Shown here: piece after piece, positions 56,115-64,000 of the stretch
Position numbering within the stretch: the first letter of the stretch is position 1
How the letters are laid out: the number at the start of each line of letters is the position of its first letter
Assembly: GCF_009914755.1 (NCBI RefSeq)
Contig: NC_060928.1
Strand: one strand, 5' to 3'
DNA from: the human T2T-CHM13v2.0 reference genome, Homo sapiens
Length of the DNA: 64,000 nt
Notes under the pieces: model-generated
Seen by the model: the letters and a program-made list of their open reading frames with translations, nothing else
Told to the model about the DNA's origin: nothing
Database searches by the model: none
Made by a program: the position numbers and the translations under genes

Positions 56115-58469
56115 TGCCTAAAGGATGGCATAAAACTTAACTGAGGCAATGAAAAACATGCAAATAACAGAGATGTGGGCCAGAGTAAGTACTCAAAAAA
56201 ATAAAGACTAATGAGGCATCTTTTATTTTCTTTTTTAAAGATAGCATTTTTAATAGAAGATGAACATGGGCATTTTTCTGAATACATAACAATGTATGTT
56301 TATTTCTTTTCACATGTTAGTCCCATCAAAATAATTATTACTTTATATGCTAGGATATGTACCAGAACATTAATTTTTGTAGGTTTCAAGTTATTTTTTG
56401 GACTACTTTATCAGTATTCTCTAGAAGAAGAAAAAAGGAAGAACAAAACTCAAAGAGAATTAAAAAAGAAAGGATAAATAATACCAAAGTCAGTGTATAT
56501 TTGATTTCTAACCTTATTGTATTTATATTTCAATGAATTCTAAAATGCTTCTCACATATTTCTCTTTCAATGCTGTTTTTTCTTCTTTTACTGCCATGAG
56601 TACCTTGATTCTTCAAATGACTTTATAAAAATGGCTATATTAATTAAGAATATGCATAAAGATGTCTTAGACATATCCCTCCATTCTGGAATTTACAGTT
56701 GTTTGGAAGAAATGTTGGCTACAACTAATCATACAGAAAAATTTTACTTCATTATATAAGCAAAGACAACGTGGTTTGTTATTAGTTTTAAGGATCTTAA
56801 ATCAGTATTACTCCAAATCTTGTCCATCTTGAGCTACCTTGCTCATCTGCATTTGCTTTGGGATGCTTTAAAACCAGCATGTCCAGGTAACCTGACTTAG
56901 CATCCAGGAATGCAGAGGCAATAGGAAAGAGAACACATTGGCTAGGCACACTCTTATCTAGCTCCTGGCCTTTGGTCCTTCTGATTGTGAGTTGTGTTGG
57001 TAGAAAGGTCTAAACAAATGCCCAGAATACTTATTCATATTAATAGTAAAGAAATGAATCAGCACGATCAATTTTCATTCTGTTATTTCATCTCAGTAAT
57101 ATAGAGAAATACATTCTAATGCAGAAAAATAAGGTTTTCTAGTGCCATCTTCTCTTCCAATGACGGAGCTATTGAAGTTAATTCTCTAACAAAAGACAGA
57201 AGCAGCAGCAGCAGAAAAAATGAAATATCATTTTTTTTTTTTGCTCGTTTCAAATTAAAGAACTCAGAATGTTTACTTATGCTGGATAAAATATACCCAA
57301 ATGTTACCTTCACTAATCAGGAGCTTAATTCTGTGTTTAAAGATCACCCCAGCTGCAAATTCATCTGAGGAGCTGAAGCAGGGAGATTTTAAAAATCTAA
57401 TTATTTTTATAATTATTTTCACCAAATGCTTTATACCTCTATTTGGTGGCTGGTTCCTGAGAACTCCATATGAAGTCAGGTCAGCTTTGTTCACATACAC
57501 CCTTCTCCATGGACTAGCCACCTAATCCACCCTCTGATTAACGGAGAGGCAGAATGTTCGCAATGTGTAACCAGATATGCTGGTACATCAATGACTACTG
57601 TACACCCAAGCATTGGGAACTCAGTCTTAAAAAAATCTACTGCCCCCTTATTAGTTTTCTCCTTAGTGAAATAGTCTTCCCTACATTGGAATATGAGCAG
57701 AATATATCCCACTGAGAAATGAGTTTGAATATAATGGGAGACTGGCTCTGTCCAATGCCCAGACCCTATTCTTCAACCTGACAGGTGAAAATTCTTATCT
57801 TGGGTTGTGGAGGAAAAACGAAGCAGGGGGAAGGGCAAAAACTGGGTGGCGAAATGGGGGCAGCCAGGGCAGAGGAAGCATGAAGGCTGAGTCAGTCCCC
57901 ACTTCCTAGTCTTCTCCAGACCCACGCTCTCCAGGTTGGGTTGTCACGATGATGGACTGGGACTGACAACCAGCATCTCCACTGCTGCCGTGGGAGTCAC
58001 AGTGAGCACAAGACCCAGAGTGTGCAGAAGTTTTTAAATGCAAGTGGACAACCATAACCAGGGGGAGTCACCTGTTGCCCAGGTTGGACGGGAGAGTGGA
58101 CCATGCTATCAGGTGACTCCATATTTTATTCAAATGAAGTTTTTGGATCTCCTTATTGCATAATGTATAAGGGAGAGCAGGGGGGCTACTAGTTGTTTTA
58201 TATTAACAGTTGCTTTAGTCTTTGGGAAAATAGCAATAATATTCTATTGCTGGAGCATATAATCAACTGCTTCCATAGATTCACCTTAGGAATTTTTCAC
58301 CCCTGATAGAATTACTTGACATTATGCCATTAAGTCATAATGAGCACTGTTATGCAATCCTTTAATCGTTTTAACACATTTATTATAGGTGTGTTCTGGA
58401 TGATATTTACCATATTACTTAGAGTCTTGTTTGTGGGTACCTCTTAAATTTTAATTTGCAAAAGAAAAA

Positions 58470-58600
58470 AAAATCACCTAGGAATCCAATTAAAGTGTAC
58501 ATTCTGATTTAGTTGGTCTGGATGGGGCCCAAGATTCTGCATTGATAGCAAATTCTCAGTGACGCTGATATTGCTGTCCTGTGCTACACTTTGTACCTGG
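58470..58600. mobile_element. MER5-type hAT-Charlie MITE
   Basis: attctgatttagttggtctggatggggcccaagattctgcatt...gctgatattgctgtcc..cactttg. Confidence 0.7.
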
Positions 58601-58685
58601 CTTTATAGATGTCCCATCGTAGAAACTTACTCTCAGAAAAGCTCTGATTGTTGAACAAGTGGTTTGTTTTTATTATGCAGTACTG

Positions 58686-58834
58686 TGAATTGCATTGAGT
58701 TGGGCCATATGAAATCACCAATTTTTGATCATATTTGACATATATTGGGCAATTTCTCATGAATTGCATTGAGTTGGGCCATATGAAATCACCAATTTTT
58801 GATCATGTTTGACATATATTGAGCAATTTCTCAT
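58686..58834. repeat. 74-bp near-perfect tandem duplication of a MADE2-like Mariner MITE remnant
   Basis: Copies at 58686 and 58760 differ at 2 positions; the unit contains gttgggccatatgaaat...gcaatttc, resembling MADE2 TIRs. Confidence 0.85.
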
Positions 58835-59039
58835 ACTGTAGATATAGCATGACAATAGCATAGTATGCTAATTCAATGTTTCTCTTTGAGTTGATAGCTA
58901 TGGAGCTTGTAACCAAAGGAGTGACCCACCTAAAGCGAAGTGTACGGAACCATTTACCTGGGGCATAGTTTAGGTTTTAAAATTTATAAAACCTTTCCCT
59001 CTTTTATAAGTGAGAAATCTTTAGTTGCAAGTAATAGAA

Positions 59040-59820
59040 ATCTATATTCACTAGCTGAAGAAAAAAAAATGTAGACTTAAGTATTTAGGAATTGCAGGTT
59101 TAGACCGTCTCCTGTTGGCACAGGTGGATATAGGGACCTCAATGGTGACATCAGGCTTCAGGCTTCAGCTTATCTGCCCAATCTCTAGTTTTGTTTGCTT
59201 CTATGATGAATTCACTTTTAGCAGCTTCTTTCTCCACCTAGATTGTTCCTTGTAGCTCCTGGATTACAGGCCATCTTCTTAGCAACTCCAACAGATAACA
59301 AATTTCCCCTTCCAGGAATTGGATTTTATTAGACTTGCTTTGGCCAGAGAAATGGAAAGCTCAGGTTAGTAATCTTGGCTCCCATGCCCCCTGGACCTGG
59401 GTCAACTCTGTCAGATGTATATTGGCTCAGAGTTGGCAAGGGATTATTCTCCTAGAGAAAACTGGGTAGCTATTCCCAGAAAAAGGAAGAGTGTTCAGAG
59501 TTGTTCCCAGGATGCCTTTTCTTGCAGGACCGTTATCCATGCCCAGCCCACTGCTGTCAGCATTGACCTGTGAGTTGCTCTGACAGATGGTATGTGAGCA
59601 GAAGATGTGTGTCACTTCTAGAGGAAGTTTAAAAACCCGAATGTGCTTCTCTGTGCTCCCCTAGCCCATTGCAATGTCCCAGGTAAGGGCAGCTTCTTCA
59701 GCCTGGGTCCAACACATATGGATACATCTTGTGGGTAAGAAATAAGCCTCTGCTGCTGTAAGCCACTGCTTCCAGGACTTGCTTGTTATTAAAGTAATTC
59801 TTAGCCTAACCTGACTGATA
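59040..59820. mobile_element. Old MaLR LTR relics (MLT1K-like minus, then MLT1I/J-like plus)
   Basis: tttagttgcaagtaatagaaa...; gaaataagcctctgctgctgtaagccactg...cctaacctgactgata. Confidence 0.55.
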
Positions 59821-60735
59821 AAATAGGCAGAAACAACAGTTGTTCATATTATTCCACTCATCTCATTCCAACATGAAAACCAATTCTTCTTTGCCAATAT
59901 AAGGATTTCAAAAACACCCCAACTGCATTTAATTTATACATTAATTACAATCTAAAATCCACTCACTTCCTCCTCAAATAAGAAAATTATAAAAGTCTGT
60001 TCACTTACTGTCCAATTACTGCCTAAGATCTAAGTTCAGGATCTTTTGGTGATGGGAATTTATCTAGGTCAAGTCCAGATTAGCTTCTACTGGTGGAGAT
60101 ACCTATGGTTGAATGGGGTATTTAAATATATTTAAATAACATATTTAATCACCTCCCAATACATATAAGATTCAGTAGTGGAAATCAAAAGGACTAATTA
60201 TAAAACTAAACAAGGTAAAATTCTTTTTTGTTGAAAAGGAGGCAAGGAAAACAGCAGAATTGTATGGTTAAGTGTTCATGGCAAGTTAGCACTGCAGCCC
60301 TCTGGCAGAGTGAGCTCCTTGGTTAGCCAGCCCATCTTTCCTGACTCCTCTCTCTGTGAGGATCTTCTTTATTTATTGACCTCCCATGTCACATCTGAGA
60401 TGACATTGGAGAGGCCTCCCTATCTGGGTTGCCCACATTAGCTGGTATCAGGCTCTATCCAGGCCCCCACTAGAACTAGAATTTTCAATTAAAGCTTCAG
60501 ATGAGGAGACCAAAGTTACCCATCCCTTATTTTTAGGGTGCATCTTAGTCTTGGCTTTTTACAATAAAGACCTTTCCCAGGAGGTGTTCATGGTGAGCTG
60601 AAGTATCCGCCCCTCCTGAGGTCTCCTCTTGGCTTCCCCCATATTCCCTTCCTTACTGCTTTGCTGAACTCAGCCCAGTGACTGAGCCCAGCGCAGAGAA
60701 CCCAGCTTTGCATCCTCCAATACTCCAGTCTCTCA

Positions 60736-61109
<374 letters not shown>

Positions 61110-61275
61110 CTATTTTTGCTTTTTTTTTTTTTTTTGGCTTTATGTTTTAACATGATCCAGTTTTAACTAAAGTGAAGCTTGTCTCTTTTTATCAAACCTT
61201 TGAGAATTAGTCAATATATTCCAAAATCCTGTGAATTTTCTACCATGTTACCAATCTCTAGCCTAGGAATGTGTA

Positions 61276-63581
61276 TGATATGGTTTGGCTGTGTCCCCGA
61301 CCAAATCTCATCTTGAGTTGTAACTCCCATAATTCCCATGTATCATGGGAGGAACCCGGTGGGAGGTGATTGAATCATGGGGGCTGGTCTTTCCTGTGCT
61401 GTTCTCATGATAGTGAATAAGTCTCACAAGATCTGATAGCTTTAAAAACGGGAGTTTTCCAGCACAAGCTCTCTCTTTGCCTGCTGCCTTCCATGTAAGA
61501 TGTGACTTGCTCCTTCTTCCCTTCCACCATGATTGGGAGGCTTCCCCAGCCGCATGGAACTGTAAGTCCAATTAAACCTCTTTCTTTTGTAAATTGCCCA
61601 GTCTCAAGTATGCCTTAATCAGCAGGGTGAAAACAGACTAATACAGTAAACTGGTACCTGAAGAGTTGGGTGCTGCTGAAAAGATACCTGAAAATGTGGA
61701 AGCAACTTTGGAACTGGGTAACAGGCACAGGTTGGAACAGTTTGGAGGGCTCAGAAGAAGACAGAAAATGTGGGAAACTTTGGAACTTCCTGGAGACTTG
61801 TTGAATGGCTTTGACTAAAAGCCTGTTAGTGATATGAACAATAAGGTCCAGGCTGAGATGGTCTCAGATGGAAATTAGGAACTTGTTGGAAACTGGAGCA
61901 AAGGTAACTCTTGTTATGTTTTAGCAAAGAGACTGGCAGCATTTTGCCCCTGCCCTAGAGATGTGTGGAACTTTGAACTTGAGAGAGATAATTTGGGGTA
62001 TCCGGTGGAAGAAATTTCTAAGCAGCAAAGCATTCAAGAGGTGACTTGGGTGCTGTTAAAAAGGCTTTTAGTTTTATAAGGGAAGCACAGCATAAAGTTT
62101 AGAAAATTTGCAGCCTGACAATGTGATAGAAAAGAAAAACCCATTTTCTGAGGAGAAATTTAAGCTGGCTGCAGAAATTTGCATAAGTAACAAGGAGCCG
62201 AATGTTAATCCCCAAAACAATGGGGAAAACGTTTCCAGGGCATGTAAGAGGTCTTCACAGCAGCCCCTCCCATCACAGGCCCGAGGACCAAGGAGAAAAT
62301 GGTTTTGTGGTCCAGGCCCTGGGTCCCTGTGCTGTGTGCAGTCTAGGTACTTGGTGCCCTGTGTCCCGGCTGCTCCAGCCATGACTAAAAGGGGCCAAGG
62401 TACAGCTCAGGCTGTTGCTTCAGAGGGTGGAAGCTGCAAGCCTTGGCAGCTTCCACATGGTGTTGAGCCTGTGGGTTCACAGAAGTCAGGAATTGAGGTT
62501 TGGGAACCTTCACCTAGATTCCAGAAGATGTACAGAAATGCCTGGATGTCCAGGCAGAAGTTTGCTTCAGGGGTGGGGCTCTCATGGAAAACCTCTGCTA
62601 GGGCAGTGCAGAAGGGAAATGTGGGGCCAGAGCCCCCACACAGAGTCCCTACTGGGGCACTGCCTAGTGAAGCTGTGAGAAGAGGGCCAGCATCCTCCAG
62701 ACCCCAGAATGGTAGATCCACTGACAGTTTGCACCATGCACCTGGAAAAGTCACAGACGCTCAACACCAGATGGTGAAAGCAGCCAGGAGGAGGGCTGTA
62801 CCTGCAGAGCCACAGGGGCGGAGCTGCCCAAGATCATGGGAACCCACCTCTTATATCATTGTGACCTGGATATGAGACATGGAGTCAAAGGAGATCATTA
62901 CAGAGCTTTAAGATTTGACTGCCCCACTGGATTTCTGACTTGCAGAGGCCTGAAGCTCCTTTGTTTGGGCCAATTTCTCCCCTTTGGAATGGCTGTATTT
63001 ACCCAATACCAGTACCCCCATTGTATCTAGGAAGTAACTAACTTGCTTTTGATTTTACAGGCTCATAGGTGGAAGGGACTTGCCTTGTCTCAGATGAGAC
63101 TTTGGATTGTGGACTTTTGAGTTAATGCTGAAATGAGTTAAGACTTTGAGGGACTATTGGGAAGGCATGATTGGTTTTGAAATGTGAGGACATGAGATTT
63201 GGGAGGGGTAAGGGGTGGAATACTATGGTTTGGCTGCGTCCCCTCCCAAATTTCATCTTGAATTGTAACTTCCACAATTCCCATGTGTGGTGGGAGGAAC
63301 CCAGTGGGAGGTGATTGAATCATGGGGGCGGGTCTTTCCCATGCTGTTCTCCTGATGGTAAGTCTCATGAAATCTGATAGCTTTAAAAATGGGAGTCTTC
63401 CTTCACAAGCTCTTTCTTTGCCTGCTGCCATCCATGTAAGACAGGACTTGCTCCTCCTTGCCTTCTGCCATGATTGTGAGGCTTCTCCAGCCATGTGGAA
63501 CTGTAAGTGCATTAAACCTCTTTCTTTTGTAAATTACCCAGTCTCGGGAATGTCTTTATTAGCAGCATGAAAACACACTAA
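61276..63581 (+). mobile_element. THE1 (THE1A-like) MaLR provirus: 5' LTR 61276-61645, internal 61646-63220, 3' LTR 63221-~63581
   Basis: Two direct LTRs (tgatatggtttggctg...aataca), THE1-int phrases (aagatacctgaaaatgtggaagc; gggttttcc-type int body), polypurine tract gggaggggtaaggggtggaa before the 3' LTR. Confidence 0.95.
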
Positions 63582-63582
63582 A

Positions 63583-63855
63583 GGCCGGGCAAGGTGGCTC
63601 ACACCTGTAATCCCAGCACTTTGGGAAGCCGAGGCAGGAGGATGACAAGGTCAAGAGATCGAGACCAGCCTGGCCAAAACAAAAATTAGCTGGGTGTGGT
63701 GGCGCATGTCTGCAGTCTCAGCTACCCAAGAGGCTGAGGCAGGAGAATCACTTGAACCGGGAGGCGGAGGTTGCAGTGAGCTGAGATCATGCCACTGCTC
63801 TCCAGCCTAGGAGAGAGTGAGACTCCATCTCAAAAAAAAAAAAGAAAGAAAGAAA
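63583..63855 (+). mobile_element. Alu (AluSc-like) with internal deletion and (GAAA)n tail
   Basis: ggccgggcaaggtggctca...ggccaa directly joined to aacaaaaattagc (end of left arm missing). Confidence 0.93.
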
Positions 63856-64000
63856 TGCTTATTTATTTTGGAATCTTCTGTGATCCCTCATATAGTGCCT
63901 AGCACATGCCCTGTACTAGTTAAGCAAATGAGAAGAAAAATGCTTGTAAGCTGCATGAGGGCCCCAGTTACACCTATCTTGCTCAGAATTATGCCTGCAG

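Noticed and set aside
57720-58130. GC-richer block resembling an old LTR
   Set aside because: I could not assign termini, a TSD or a family from sequence alone.
60119-60138. 20-bp perfect AT palindrome tatttaaatatatttaaata
   Set aside because: Low-complexity and AT-only; expected in AT-rich DNA.
61535-61560. PRDM9 hotspot motif (CCTCCCTNNCCAC) in the THE1 LTRs
   Set aside because: The LTRs read cttccccagccgc and cttctccagccat (~63482), neither matching the hot variant.
62108-62875. 255-aa ORF as a host gene
   Set aside because: It lies inside THE1-int and is retroelement-derived.

Overview
This is primate (human-like) genomic DNA: AT-rich, CpG-depleted and dominated by repeats (Alu S/Y/J, L1M, L2, L3/CR1, MIR, MaLR/ERV LTRs, DNA-transposon MITEs). 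I find no intact protein-coding gene, RNA gene or CpG island, so the window is intergenic or deep intronic. The main gene-derived feature is a decayed, intronless copy of COPS3 (COP9 signalosome subunit 3) on the minus strand (~15270-18000). It is split into three pieces by two solo LTRs, one of which carries an Alu, and it sits between two oppositely oriented old L1 fragments. Other notable structures are a 69-bp VNTR grown inside an L2 relic (the source of the long overlapping ORFs at 5.5-6.6 kb), a near-complete THE1A provirus at 61.3-63.6 kb, several local duplications and palindromes, and a few candidate regulatory or non-coding exon segments. Repeat subfamily names come from recalled consensus sequences and need RepeatMasker/Dfam confirmation. 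I found no convincing novel biological system.
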